Below are positions 12,461 to 26,058 of a stretch of 64,000 bases of DNA, piece by piece (position 1 is the stretch's first letter; the number at the start of each line of letters is the position of its first letter). The notes under the pieces are model-generated. The model searched no databases and had not been told where the DNA came from. It saw nothing but the letters and a program-made list of their open reading frames with translations. The DNA is taken from contig CM041465.1 of NCBI GenBank assembly GCA_023213395.1, positions 179,931,741 to 179,995,740 on the forward strand, read 5' to 3'. The translations under genes and the position numbers were made by a program. Origin of the DNA: Cycas panzhihuaensis (lineage: Eukaryota > Plantae > Cycadophyta).

Positions 12461-13959
12461 ACAGTTGCATGAAATTTAGTTATATAATAGTGTAAAAACT
12501 AAATTCAAGCATGTATGTTTTTAAATAGAATGGAATAAAGAGGAAAGATTAGGTGTACCTTGTGCAATCCTCCTTAAATGATGATCTATTGCTTTGGTTT
12601 CAAGCTTATAAAAGGGGAGAGGTTGGATCACAGCCTCATGTCATTTATGGTGTGGATCCCCTCCATCCATATGGGGTTGCCCCTCCTTTAGAAGGCGCCT
12701 ATGGGCAAAACACACTTCCTCATCCATCATTTTATAACACTTCTATTTATCCAAAGGTGCCTATGGGTGCCTAGCCTAGTCCTTCACCCTACCTACCTAT
12801 TGGATTCCTACCTTCAATAGCCACCCTTATCCCAACAACTTTTATAGACCTCTCTTGTTCCACCCTACTAGGCCTAATGAGCCTAACCTACTCCTAGTAC
12901 CCTAGACATAGGTGCTTCCTAATGGATTCCCTCTCATGTAGTAATCTCGTGACCTTTTATGGTAACCCTAAAAATGGTTAAGGCACTCCCTTAGTTAATC
13001 TAACCTTACTAGACATATTAGTAAGGATAATCCCCTTATGGTATCATCCTAGGCCAATGGCCCTCACCTCAAGTGGTAACCCTACACCCAACTAGGATAA
13101 TCCCCTAGCCAAAATTGATACCTCATGGATTGATCCCCTAACCAATAACATCAAACATGGCAACTGCACACCTCCATTCAATAACCATGCACCATAATAT
13201 GAAAATCCCACATTAAGTCAGGGTAATCCCTTAGCCAACCACACAACCCATTTTTAAGAAAGAAGAAGGAAATAAGGATGAATAATTAGGCCTTTTGTTC
13301 TAAGGTGAAGAGTGTAAATTTGATCAAGATTCCCCTCCTCATAGACTAGTTATGGTCCTCTTTGCACCCATTAGCATGGAGCGCTATGCATACCTTAGTA
13401 TCCCTAATGTTCTAGAATTTGATGACAAGGATGTTCATGTATAATGATTAGGTACCATTGATTGTATTTAGGATACAAGTGAGATCTCATTAGTATACAA
13501 GCATCTCTACATTAAACCCCTCTCATACCTAACTTTAATCTTGATCCTTTTACATTATGTAATAAACCTACTATAGGTGATTCCCTCTCTAATTCCTTGT
13601 AATAGATCTTTGGCCCTCCTCTTCTTATAGAATCATTTATAAGATCCACTTGAGTATTTTTTATAAGATATTAAACCTCTATATTGAGATGACTCTTCAA
13701 AATAGTCCTTAAAAATTATAAACTAGGGTCATAATGATACTCTTAATCCCCTCGTATACCTCAAGTCAAAGACAAACCAGTCCTAGGTGATGATCACCCT
13801 AAAAATAACAAAGTAGTAATCTCACACCTAACTAGGTTAATTCCCTAGTTATTTCCATCTTATTGAACCTACCAACAAGGGTAGCTCCCCTATGTTTGTT
13901 CCCCCTAAATAGTAACTGCATACCCCTACATGGCTGCTTCATTATCTAGTAGGCAACAC

Positions 13960-15060
13960 CCAAAAATGCCCTTTAAATTATGAATCATTAATTATGTTAA
14001 ACTATGGTGATCTCACTTAAAATAATGAATCACTACTTAAATGCCCAACTGAGTCAGTCCCCTAGCCAATCTTATCTTACCATGTAGAAACCCCACACCT
14101 TACAAAAATAGTCCAAAAATTTCCCTTGAGTCACCAATCATTAACAAGTCTAAACTACAGTAAGCACCACGAGGCACTACCTCATCACTTGGAAGAAAAA
14201 GCCTAAAGATTCCAACTAAGTTATCAATAACTAATGAGGTTAAACTATGGTGATCTCATTTTAAATAAAAGCATCCTAAAGGGCAACACATTCCTAGAAG
14301 AAAAATATTTTAAAAACTATGAAGCACTACCTCATGATCTGGTAAGTAATACCCAAAAATCCCCTCTAAGTTTCCAATCATTAATGAGGTTAAATTATGG
14401 TGATCTCATTTCAAGTAACGAAGCACCATTTGAATGTTCAGTTGGGGTGGTCCACTAGTCAATCTTATCTCACCACATGATAACCCCATACTCAATAAAA
14501 ATATCCAAAAAATTCTCTCTAAGGTACTAATCACTAATAAGGTCCAACTATGGTAAGTACCATAAGGTACTACCTCATCACTTGGTAGAAAGAAGCACAA
14601 AAATTCCATCTAAGTTATCAATTACCAATGAGGTTAAATTATTATGATCTCACTTCAAACAAAAGCATCCTAAAGGGTAACACCCTCCTGAGAGAAAATT
14701 ATTTTAAAAACTATGTGGTACTACCTTATCATTTAATAGAAATAGCCCAAATTTTTCCTCTAAATTAATCAATCATTGATGAGGTTAAACTATGGTGATC
14801 TCAATTCAAACAATGAAGTACCACTTGAATGTCTAGCTAGGGTAATCCCCTTAACTAATTTATACTACCATGTGGTAACCCCACACCTAATAGAAAGAGC
14901 CCAAAATTTTCCTCTAAATTGTTAACCACTAAGGAGGTTAAACTATGGTGATCCCATCTTTAACACAATTCTGTAATGAGTTGAGCTCTTTGAAGAGTTC
15001 TAAGACCTACTAAAACTTTTGAAAAATTAATCACGAAGGAAGTTAAATTGTGGCAATCCT
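13960..15060 (+). repeat. Higher-order tandem repeat (about 393-bp unit = about 150+150+90 bp subunits) built on ACTAATGAGGTTAAACTATGGTGATC
   Basis: Motif variants at about 13990, 14140, 14230, 14380, 14533, 14623, 14775, 14927 and 15031. Offsets of about 390-395 bp recur (13990-14380-14775; 14140-14533-14927; 14230-14623). Confidence 0.85.
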
Positions 15061-16532
15061 ACCCACAATATGAGAGTATAACCTAGCCTTCTCCCAAGTC
15101 ACGACTTTAAGGACACTATACCCTATAATAAGTCTAAAGTAGCTAATCTCCTCTATAAGCTTAAACTAGAACTAAAACCTCATAATACTTTGAGCAAATC
15201 TATATACTACAACCACTCCCCCTTGGTTATATGCTTGGGGGCATCCCACTCTACAATGAGTATAAAATAACTATACTCTAAAATGAGGGTAAATTAATAT
15301 CACTCTATAATGAGTATAAACTAGTTGCACTTTATCATAAGTATAAACTACCATTTTCATTCCAGCACCTCTATCATAAGAATGCACTTGCTTACAATGA
15401 TCCCTTGTGATCCTTGTCATAATAGATATCTCCATGGATGCTATAGTAGCCTTATAATAACCTTTTTCAAGCATTTTGAAAGTATTGTACTCGAAGAAAA
15501 CCTATACACATAACCTAAATTTACCCCATGGTTTGGCCACCAAGGGTTTGCTTTTAAGTCCTATCATGCCCTCACTTTGTAAAAGGTTACACTACCATTT
15601 TAGATGGTGTGGTTTCCCATGTACTGGTTTATTACTATTGCATTTTCTCAAACCTAACACATGCCCTAGTATGATGACTTTAAAAGAAAAAAAACATAGA
15701 GAGGAAAAAAAAGAATATACCTATATTGCCTTCTTGGTACTTGAGGTAAGTCACATGTCAACTTTATCCCCACCTATAATATGCAGTTTGGGTCTAAATG
15801 TATGGGTCATTTATGACCTTTTAATTTAGTTCTTTGGGTTCCTTATGGACACAATCATGATCAAAACCTATTTGACACTATAAGCATAAAACCATTAGCC
15901 TTGAGAACTTACAATAATACTAGTAACAAGCCACTGGTGTGGCATATTCCTAACCCATTTGATAGTCAAAGTTGAACCCATGAACCTGATTCCCTTCCTC
16001 ACTAATTGATTCCCACACTACTCCCTACATTCATCAAGTTATCTCTAAGCTACCCTTGCATCCTTATTACATTGATCATCCATGTTGATGGGGGAAGCCA
16101 TGGGAATCATGGATTTTTTATTATCACTTATATCATTTATGACTAAATAAGTATCTTTCTAACAAATGCTACAATATACATTTTTCTCTAAAGGACAATC
16201 ACTAATGAGGTTAAAATATAGCAATCACTTGTAGCTTTCAAGCCCATTGATGACATTTGGTTTCTCAGCTAGCCTCCTCATCCCTACTTATCAGATTACT
16301 TTAAAATGATTCTAAACTATATGTTACTTTGAAATAAGCATAAATTATTCGATATACTAGTAGAAGGTTAAACTATTATATAAATTTATATATACCATCT
16401 TTAGTATGTCTTCTCCAAAAAGAAACTCTACCTTGTTATGAATTTAAACTAGAACTAACTCTACCATTAGTCTAAATTAATCTCTAGTTTATAGATATCA
16501 TTCCAGTATGGTCTTCCAAAAGGGGTAATTCC

Positions 16533-19500
16533 TATTAGGATGTAATATTAAATAAATTTATGTGTTGATTATCCCTCATGTTTAACAAGGGATGCACATC
16601 TTTAAGGTACTCTTAATAGGTAGGCTATATTAAAAGACATGCTATTGGTTCATAAGTTGTTATAGAGGCTCACTATTATGATTGACCTACAAAGAGGTCA
16701 TTGTTATAATATATGTACTTATTATTAATGTAAACTCCTTGAGGGATATATATTTATTCACCAATTCTATTTGCATATTTTTTAAATACATGGTTATTTG
16801 ATCTATTTATTTATACTTTATACATGGTTTAGTCTTTTATTTTCTAACATGTGGTATCAAATCTATAAGGTCTGATATGTAGTAAGTATATATGTTTAGA
16901 GTTTTTAAATTTATATTATTGGTTTGAGACTTATTTTACAAACATATATTACTATTATACATGTTGGTATATTGATGGGTGTGATGAATATTCAATTGTG
17001 GGGAAGTCCTAGAGTCAAATCCACTATGACACTTGTGAACACCTAGATGTGTGAAATATTTAGATCCCTATTACACAAAAGGTAAAGATTATTAGCTATT
17101 GTGAAGGTGAGAAATTGGTGAAGATAGTGGAGGCATCCCTATTTAACTGCTAAATTTTATCAATATAGAAAAACGTTGAGCAAGGATGTTGCATAATAAA
17201 GGATGAGTTCTTAGAGATTTAAGGGGCACCAAATCTCAAGAACCTTATGAGTAAAAGGTTGTTGGCATGTATAGGGGCCCCATTCATTTATTAAAGTAGT
17301 TATTAGTATATGCAGAGGAGAGTCCATGTTTTGGGGTTGTTGGGTAATGATAAATATGATACACCTGAGTTTAGTTAATGAAACTCCTTCCATTTCTGAT
17401 CTAGAGCAAAATAGAGAGGCATGAAGATGAATGACTAAGGTTTCACATGGTTGGGCTATTTGTGCAAATTACTTTATAGTAGAACCAAGTTATTAGGCAC
17501 TAGTTTTTTTTATCTACTTGCTTGTTGCATTATGCACATCATTGTTGGGTACTTATTTAAGGTTTGATGGCCTTGTTGGGAAGATAGATGGATTAAAAGT
17601 CTATTAGGTACCTCCCAACAACTATAGATACTTTTTAAGAATGTTTAGATGAGTTCCAAGCATGATGAGTAGCTTTGTTTATGGCATGTCTGTGTGTTGT
17701 AGTAATCATAGGGCATGGTAGTATGTTAAGCAACTTTGGAGGCTTGTTGGGTGCTTACTATGATCATTGAAAGTTATTACCAACAAATACAAAAGTGTCA
17801 ATTCATTTTTCAATTAAAAATCTTCATTTTTCATGCCTTCCGAATGATCAAATCAATCATAGTTAATCAAAATCATCATTGGATTCTCTATGATATCCAC
17901 GTAGGCACACGTGATAATTTTTTTCAAAGGATATGTTGATTTTTAAGGTTATAATATTTTATAACATTGTATTAATATATTAAAACATTCTTAGAAGTTG
18001 TGTGAAGTCCACAAGCCCTCTAGAGTGGTCACATGGTTATTTGATGTAACCAGACATATTTTTGAAGGGGGAGCCTAATCTTAATTTTTGCCCTATTTTT
18101 TTTTTTTCATGACCTATTACCAGTGTCTCCTTTATAACTTTTCAATGCAGTGTCATATTGAGGTGTCATCCATTTTTTTGAATTTATTGCTTTGATGTAG
18201 TTAAAATGAATGGTTGTATGACCTATTTTAATCTTTTCCAGAAGAAAATTTTAATAAAAAAACTTGATGCTTTCATGGTGAAGTATTTTAAAAAGGTTCT
18301 TTTTGGGTGAAATTAGCATATGATTAACATAGTTTTGATAAGAAACTATGAGTTGTGCCTGGTCAATGTGCTGAAATTTGTCACATTATAGTGCAAGTAT
18401 GCTTTGAATGGACCCGATGACAAGCTCATGTTTGGAAAGGTTTCTGATAGCTACAATGGTTATTTATAGGTCTTGTGAATAGGTTGTTGTTGAATAGCTT
18501 ATGTTCTTTATTCAATTTAGAGCTAAAAATGGGTATGAATAAGGAAAACACATATTAGGGAGAAGTTGATGAACCATGTATTCAAAGTGCATCCTAGAGA
18601 ACTAACAGGTACAATGGTTAATTACCCATGTACACTAGTAGATGGTTGTCTCTTCATATAGATGTCAATTATGACATGAATTAAATCTTATGGGGGAGAT
18701 TGTTGTGATGTAATATTAAATTTATATGTTAACTATCTCTAATGTTGACCAAGGGATGCACATCTTTGAGGCACTCTTAATAGGTGGGCTACATTAAGAA
18801 TCATATTATTGGTTCATAGGTTGTTATGAAAGCTCACTATTATGATTAGCCCACAAAGAGGTCATTGTTACTATATATATACTTATCATTAATGAAAACC
18901 CTTTAAGTGATGTATATTATTCCACTAATTATGTTTGTATACTTTCATATTACATGGTTATTTGATCTCTTTATTTATGCTTTATACATGGTTTAGTCTT
19001 TTATTTTCTAGCATGTGGTATTAGAGCCATAAGGTTTGATATGTAGTGAGCATATATGTTTAGTGTTTTCAAAATTATATTGTTGGTTTAAAACTTGTTT
19101 TGTAGACATGTGTCATTGTTATGCCTAGTGGTATATTATTGAATGTGATGAACATTCAATTCTAGGAAAGCCCTAGAGTCAAAGCCATTGCGATACATAT
19201 GGACACCTAGATACATGCAAGATTTAGACCCTATTGCATGAGAAGTAAAGATTATTGGTCATTGTGAAGGTGAGCAATTAGTGAAGACAGTAGAAACATC
19301 CTTATTTAATTGTTGAAATTTTCCAATATGGGAGGATATTAAACAAGGATGTTGCACGATAAAGGATGAGTTTTAAGAGATTTGAGGTGCATCAAATCTC
19401 AAGAACCCTGCCAGTAAAACATTGTTGCTATGTATAGTACCTCATTTATTTGTTGAAGTAGTTATTAGTCTGTGCATAAGAGAGTCCATATTTTAGGGTT

Positions 19501-21443
19501 GTTGGGTAGTGATAGATATGGTGCACTAGAGTTTAGTTGATAAAAATCCTTCTATTTCTAATTTAGAGTAGAATATAAAGGTGTGAAGATGAATGACTGA
19601 GGTTTCACATGGTCAGGCTATTTACGTGGATTACTTTGTGGCAGATTTGAGTTGTTAGCCATTATTGGGCACTAGATTTTTTGATTTGACTGTCTATTAC
19701 ATTATGCACACTATTGTTAGGTGCTTGTTTGAGGTTTTGATGGCCTTATTGAGAAGATAAATGGATTAAAATTCTATTGGGTGCCTCCCAACAATTGTAG
19801 ATCATTTTCTAGTGTGTTTAGATGAGTTGCAGGCATGATGAGTAGCTTTGTTTATGACACGTCTATGTGTTGGAGCAATCATAGGGAATGGCAATCCATT
19901 GGGTGACTTTGGAGGCTTGTTGGGCACTTACCATGATTATTGAAAGCTGTTACCAACAACTACAAAAATTTTGATTCAATTTTTAATTGTAGATCTTTAT
20001 TTTGTGTACCTTCTAAATGATCAAATTGATTAAAGTTGATCAAAATTATCATTGGATGCTCAACAATACTCACGTAGGCACGTGCAGTAAATTTGTTCAA
20101 AGGATATGTTAATTTTTTATGTTATAATATTTTATAACATTATATTAAGATATTTAAATACTTTTAAAAGTTATGTGAAGTTCACAAACCCCTTGGAAGG
20201 GTCACATGATGGTTTGATGTGACCAGACATGTTTTTGAAACATGGGCTAATATTAAATTTTGCCTTATTTTTATTTTTTTATGACCTACTAGCAATGTTT
20301 CCTCTATAACTTTTCATTAGGGTGTTGGATCAAGGTGTCATCTATTCTGTTGGATTCCTTGCTTCGACATGGTTAAAATGAGTGGTTGTCTGACGTATTT
20401 TAAGCTTTCCAAGAAGGAAATTTTAATTAGAAAACTTGATACTTTCATGGTAACGCATTTAAAATGGGTTCTTTTTTGGTGAAATTTCAGGTATGGTTTA
20501 GTCTACATATGTTTAACATAGTTTTAGTGAAAACCTATAAGTTATATATGGTTAATGTATTAAAATTTGTCACATTATAATATAAGTGTGCTTCAGATGA
20601 ACCAGGTGATAGGTTCATATTTTGATGGATACAATAGTTATTTACAAGTCTTGTGAATGGGTTATTATTGAATAGCCCATGTTCTTTGCCCTGTTTAGAG
20701 ATAAAGATGAGCATGCATAAGGAAAGAATATTTTAGTGGAAACATTGATGAGCCATATATTCAAAGAGCATCCTAGAGCACTGGCAAGTACAATAATTGG
20801 TTACCCATGTGTACTGGTACATGGTTGTCTCTTTATATGGATGTTAGCTTGTGACATAAATTAAATCTTATAAGAGATATTGTTAAGATGTAATATTAAA
20901 TTTATATGTTAAATATCCCTCATGTTGACCAAGGGATACACATCTTTGAGGCACTCTTTATAGGTGGGCTACATTAAGAGTTGTGATATTGGTTCATAAG
21001 TTATTATGGAGGCTCACTAGTGTGATCGGCCTACAAGGAGGTTATTGTTACTATATATGCACTTATCATTAATGTAAATCCCTTAAGGGATGTATATTCT
21101 TCCACCAATTCTATTTGCATACTTTCATAGTACATGGTTATTTAATCTCTTTATTTATGCTTTATGCATGGTTTAGTCTGCTATGAACCTCCTTAAAGGG
21201 TTTAATTAATTGTTTATTAAATGAATATGTATTATTGAAAAGGCACAACTTTCCATGAAAGGTCCCAATATGCATATAAATTTGGTGCCAAATGTAATAT
21301 GTGACATCACTTATCTTATCAATTAATATTAATTGGTCTTTTGACTATTTATTCTTTCAGTAGCGTTCTTATACTATCTTGAATCTGGCTATCTTTCCAA
21401 GTTACAAAAAAAGGTCTGTGACATAGAGTTTTATTTTCTAATA
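16533..21443 (+). mobile_element. Tandem non-autonomous LTR element (LTR-internal-LTR-internal-LTR; TRIM/LARD-like), period about 2.17 kb
   Basis: Three LTRs of about 315 bp at 16533-16849, 18701-19013 and 20881-21443 (the third is interrupted). Decayed iMet PBS after LTR1 (TGGTATCAAATC) and LTR2 (TGGTATTAGAGCC). PPT TGGGGGAGAT at 18691-18700. The two internal regions of about 1.85 kb align and have no coding domains. Flanks ATTCC/ATCCT are compatible with a decayed 5-bp TSD. Confidence 0.9.
21179..21423. mobile_element. Solo LTR (about 245 bp) inserted in the third LTR of the tandem element
   Basis: TGCTATGAACC...GGTCTGTGACA (TG..CA, imperfect inverted ends) splits the LTR consensus GTTTAGTC|TTTTATTTTCTAA. 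Flanks are TAGTC/TAGAG. Confidence 0.65.
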
Positions 21444-22879
21444 ATCCTTAGTGTTTTTCCCTATTATGGACTTTCCTCTCGTAGGTTTATTTTAAGTTTA
21501 TCTTCCCCCTAGTATGTCACTTCATAAAAAAATAATTAAAAAAAGAAAATTATAAGATAAGTCCAACCAACTCTTGCTTTTAAGCAATAATTACTAAAGA
21601 GGTTAAACTCTAATAATCACCTATGGCTTCTAAGTCTACACCTTTGGATTTTAGGGCAATCCCTCTTATGCCCAAGTTAATACTAGCTCTAAGACAAGCT
21701 CAAACAACTCTTCCTCCAAAGGGTACTTGTTAATAAGGCTAAACTAGGATGATAATCCTTGGCTTCCAATTCTAAAACCCTTAGCTTTTAAGTCCAATCC
21801 CTTTAGCCATTGAGGCAACCCCTTAGGTGCCTAAAATCACTTTGAAAATAGTCACTAATAAGGATAAACTATAGTGACACTTTTATACTTTACTAGGTCT
21901 CATCGTGGTTTCTAAGCTCATCATGAATTTTTAACTTTAGAGCTTATCTTTGCCTTATTTAGCATACCTCTAAAGCTATTACCAATGAAGATAAACTAGT
22001 GGAAACATTCCATGAACACCTACTAAGGAAGCTAAAGTATAGTAGACTACCTTCCCTTATCATTTTAATAGATGCATAAATAGTCTATGCATGGTATTGT
22101 TGGCAGCATTCATCATTTTGCACCACAAGTCTGAAGAGGTTCTGTTATAAAGAGGGCAAGTGTTTCTTATAAATTGAGAAGTTCATATTCATCCTAGCAT
22201 AGATAAGTGAAGGTATGTTCTTCTTTTTTCTTATTTTAATTTAGTTATTAGCTTTCATAAATATATTTAATAGTGTTTGTCTATTGTCTTAGTGAATGGG
22301 GGTATGTATGTATGTATTCAATCGATGATAAGTCTAATCATGATCAATGACAAAATAAGTTATCCACCTCATCTTAATAGATTGTAAAATGACTTCTAGA
22401 TACCTCTTTAAATGCTTTCTACCTTACTTCTATCTCTATTTGTAATGATTTTCCACTTATCTTGCTATGTTGGATGCTTTTTCTATCACAACCTTCCTTT
22501 TTTTTACTTGTTTTTCCTTATGCCATGAAAATTTCTATATGTTATAGATTCTTTATCATAGAGTACATGTGTTTTAGATCTTGGGGAGGTAGTGGACATG
22601 TTTTTGTCCTTAGAAAGATGGTTTAAATTATATAAGTGGCAAAATAGTTATTAAGAAATTTTGGATATATGGTATTAAAGTTATACTTTACTAGTAGTCA
22701 TCTTCTTTCATGTTTGTCAGGGTCCTAAGCAAAGTGAGTTCTTATTTTAAAAGTTATTATTGTTGAGAGGTATTTAATCATATTCGATGAGTGTTATAAA
22801 TTTAAAGTTATAGAATTTTGAATCCCCTAATAGATTGAAGTTTCATGTTTGAAGTTTATAATCAACCAATATACAAGTT

Positions 22880-24560
22880 GAAGATTATGTCAAAGTTTGA
22901 ACCTCTTATTTAAGGTGTGATACATGCCAAGCTAAAGTAAAGAGCTATAAGTAAGAACTTGTTATGCTTGGATAAGAAGAAGGATGTGAAAAGCTAAATT
23001 TTTTTATGGTAGTTATACAAACACCATCCAAGCTCAAGAACAATGATAAGGACTCATACTATTGAAGTAGGAGGATGGAAGAATATTAGCATCCTAAGGT
23101 GGTTTTTTATCTCAATTAAAACTTAAAAGAATTTAACATGGAATTAGGTGCTTGTGAATATTTTCCATTACAGATTTGACTAGAGGCCCCATATCCTAAT
23201 TATTGCTAAAGAAAAAGAGAAGACATCACTAGAATGAAATGATTTTAGAATGTCATTAATAGAGCTTGGACTAAAACATAAATTACAAGTAAAGACATAG
23301 GCCATTGATATAAAAAATAGGAAGGCTTTACCTTTAATAACAAGCTATTTACTTACATACAATCTATGACTTTTTGTTTGGTAGTGGTTGAGAGACTGAT
23401 TCTAATCATAAGGCATAATGAATATCATTCATTAACCATAGAGAGCAACACAACACATAGGCTATATTTTATTGGCACCTAAAATCTACTTTTGCTTATT
23501 GCCTAACTTTGGACATAGATTGAAATTATGCAGGTAATGATTAATCTAAAGCTTTAAACTCAAGATAATCTTCTAATGACAATTCGTTAGATCAATATAA
23601 TTATGTTTTGATACCAAGAAATAAAATATTTATTCATATGTTTAATTCTAAAGTTAATGGGTACTTGACTAGGCCTTTGGAAACCTAACTCCTTTATTGT
23701 TATTTGTTTGAAGACTTATTTAGTAGTAAGTATTACTCCTTAAACTTAACAGAAACCTTCTTAGTAAAGGATGTGACTTAGTCATAGTTGTAGAATCAAT
23801 AATCTTTTACCAAATGGCTGTCAAAATAGTTGGGTATTGTTGTGTTATCAACTTGAAAGTTAATTTGCATGAAGAACATTCGCGAAATACCATGCAGACA
23901 TTGGCATTACAAAACCTAAAAGTAGTGTTGCCATCATATTAGTTGTGAAAGAAGATACCTTAAAGGTTTCATGTAATGAGCCTTGTCACAAAGGATTATT
24001 CTATCATTCAAATCTCACAAAGCTTATCAATAAGTAAAAGCACTTTCACTATTGACTAACCTTCTTAATTCTTTTATTTCTATGAAAGCATGGCTTAACA
24101 TCATGATAGTATCAAGTTGTTAAGAAGAAAAGAAGTATAAATCAATAACAAACATTTCTAGTGCTTTATTCATTTTAGGTTTAGGTGACACTCTTAACAC
24201 GAGGGTACTCAACTAAGCGGCCTCTTTTAATATTATTCCAACTCATCAATGTTGCCTAAGGGGTGATCTTAATTATGTGCTGGGCATATAGATAGTTTTT
24301 TAATAGAATTTGAGACGATCATTTTCTTATGCCAACAAACATTTAATGTTAATACTAAGAGGTTTAGGTATTTTTTGAACATTATCATTTCTAATTTAAT
24401 TTTATAATATAAGTGATATACTATTAGAAAATATTTATTGCCATTAATTTTATGTCTTTCTAAGTTGATTAGCATTTAAGGGACTTATCAAGTTAAGGAA
24501 ATTGATGTCTACATTCAACCATTTATTAAGGAAATATTTGCAATTTGAAATGAACTATAA
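22880..24560 (+). pseudogene. Highly decayed CACTA/En-Spm Tnp2-family transposase remnant
   Basis: 24498-24550 reads EIDVYIQPFIKEIFAI*, matching the Tnp2 motif DIDVYLQPLIDEL..LW. Weaker upstream motifs EYFPLQI (about 23157) and LGLGD (about 24175) are in the expected order. No CACTA termini found. Confidence 0.55.
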
Positions 24561-24922
24561 TGGACGATATATCTCATGTTATTTTTTATTTAAGTATTAT
24601 AGGTACTATGAGAAGTATTATATGTTAGATAATTTATAACTTCTAAGGGCTAAGAGCCTACTTAAGTAAAGGTCCATATTTAAACAAACTTAATTTTGAC
24701 ATGATATTTCAATTAAACTTACCTAATCTTTACATAATATTTCAATTCTTAGGTTGTATATTATTAGATTTAAAATGGCATTATTGCATTAAATAAGTAA
24801 CCACTTTTAATTTTCAAAATTATTTCCTTAAAAGAAAGTAAAAATAAAGGATTTGAATTATATGAAAGTTATATAGTGAAAGTTACATTTGGCTCTTAAT
24901 TTCAATTAACACTTAGAAAATG

Positions 24923-25413
24923 TAGGGTTATTGATTTCATAACCCTAGTTAACAGGGTTAAAGAATCTAGTTTGGACATGAACTAGGTGCACAAGTTCAA
25001 TTTTGAGTTTGGTCAAACCCCAAATTACATCCTTTTTTGTTTATTTATAACCATTTTAGGACTATTTCTAGGTCATTTATGGTCATTTTAAAGATATTTC
25101 AAGGTTGTTTTTAGTTACTTTTATGTAGTTTTAGGTTTTGTTCTCTCTCTCTCTCTCTCTCTCTTTGTTAGCATATATTTTACTACTATTGTATGCATAT
25201 ATACACAAAAATACTTTTGCTTTTATTTATAGAGATGTTTAATGTATCATTGTGTATGTGTTTAATGACTATTCACAATGTTTATGATTTTTTTTATTTT
25301 AATTAAAAAAAAAAAAAAAGAAGCCAAACCTAAACTTGTGAATCCAATTTTCAAAGGGAGGAACCAGATTCTTCAGAACTCAAAATCTGCAAACCCCAAA
25401 CCCAACAACCTTA
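24923..25413. mobile_element. hAT-type MITE (about 490 bp)
   Basis: TIRs TAGGGTTATTG / CAACAACCTTA. 8-bp flanks AGAAAATG and GGAAAAAG (6/8 identical, degenerate TSD). CAAACCC-type subterminal repeats and an internal (CT)n. Confidence 0.7.
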
Positions 25414-26058
25414 GGAAAAAGAGTTTTTATTACATACTCTACAATATAAATGTACTTGATTAATTTGTCTTTAAGTTTTCATTATATTTCCACTACATAA
25501 AAAACACTTGATTTACATAAAGTGTGATAAAATTATAGTAGGCTTAGTAAATTTATGAAAAGTTAACAAATCATTCCCTTGATTTGAAAGCATTAATAAT
25601 TAATGCTAGTAGATTGGATCCAACCCAAGATCAAGATTAGAGTTATTAGCAATCTATGTCATAGAATGCACATAAACATGTATATAACAAGTTTTAATAT
25701 AAGTAAAATTATTTATTATAATTATTTCATAGTCAAAGCTAGATAGCATTTATCATCCTGGCAATCTATCCCATGATAAATTACTTAATGATATTCAAGA
25801 ATATTCTATGACCATGTGACTTTAATGTTATTATAAAGAAGATATTTTAGCAACTAATTTGCATACAATTGTGTAAGTAGCTCAACAAATGATTCAAGAG
25901 ATCATAAAAATGATGGTAATCAGGAAGCCATATAATTAGTTGCTTATAAATTATATTTCCTTTATATTTTATTATTACAATTCAAAATACTTTCCCTTAT
26001 TTTATTTTAGCAAAGAGATGTTGGCTAAGAGTTATCATTACTTTGGAATAACGTAAAG

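Larger units (their letters stand above)
12553..22060 (+). mobile_element. Deleted, non-autonomous relative of the Tat family (copy C): pre-gag/gag remnant plus repeat array, interrupted by the tandem LTR element at 16533-21443
   Basis: 12640-12730 (YGVDPLHPYGVAPPLEGAYGQN) matches the reverse complement of 53640-53715. 13390-13430 (PNVLEFD) parallels gag PSKVPKFDG. The same 26-bp motif occurs on both sides of the insertion. Confidence 0.6.

Noticed and set aside
13960-16230. CRISPR-like appearance of the 26-bp repeat with spacers
   Set aside because: Eukaryotic TE context, spacers are 60-130 bp and themselves repeated, and there are no cas genes.
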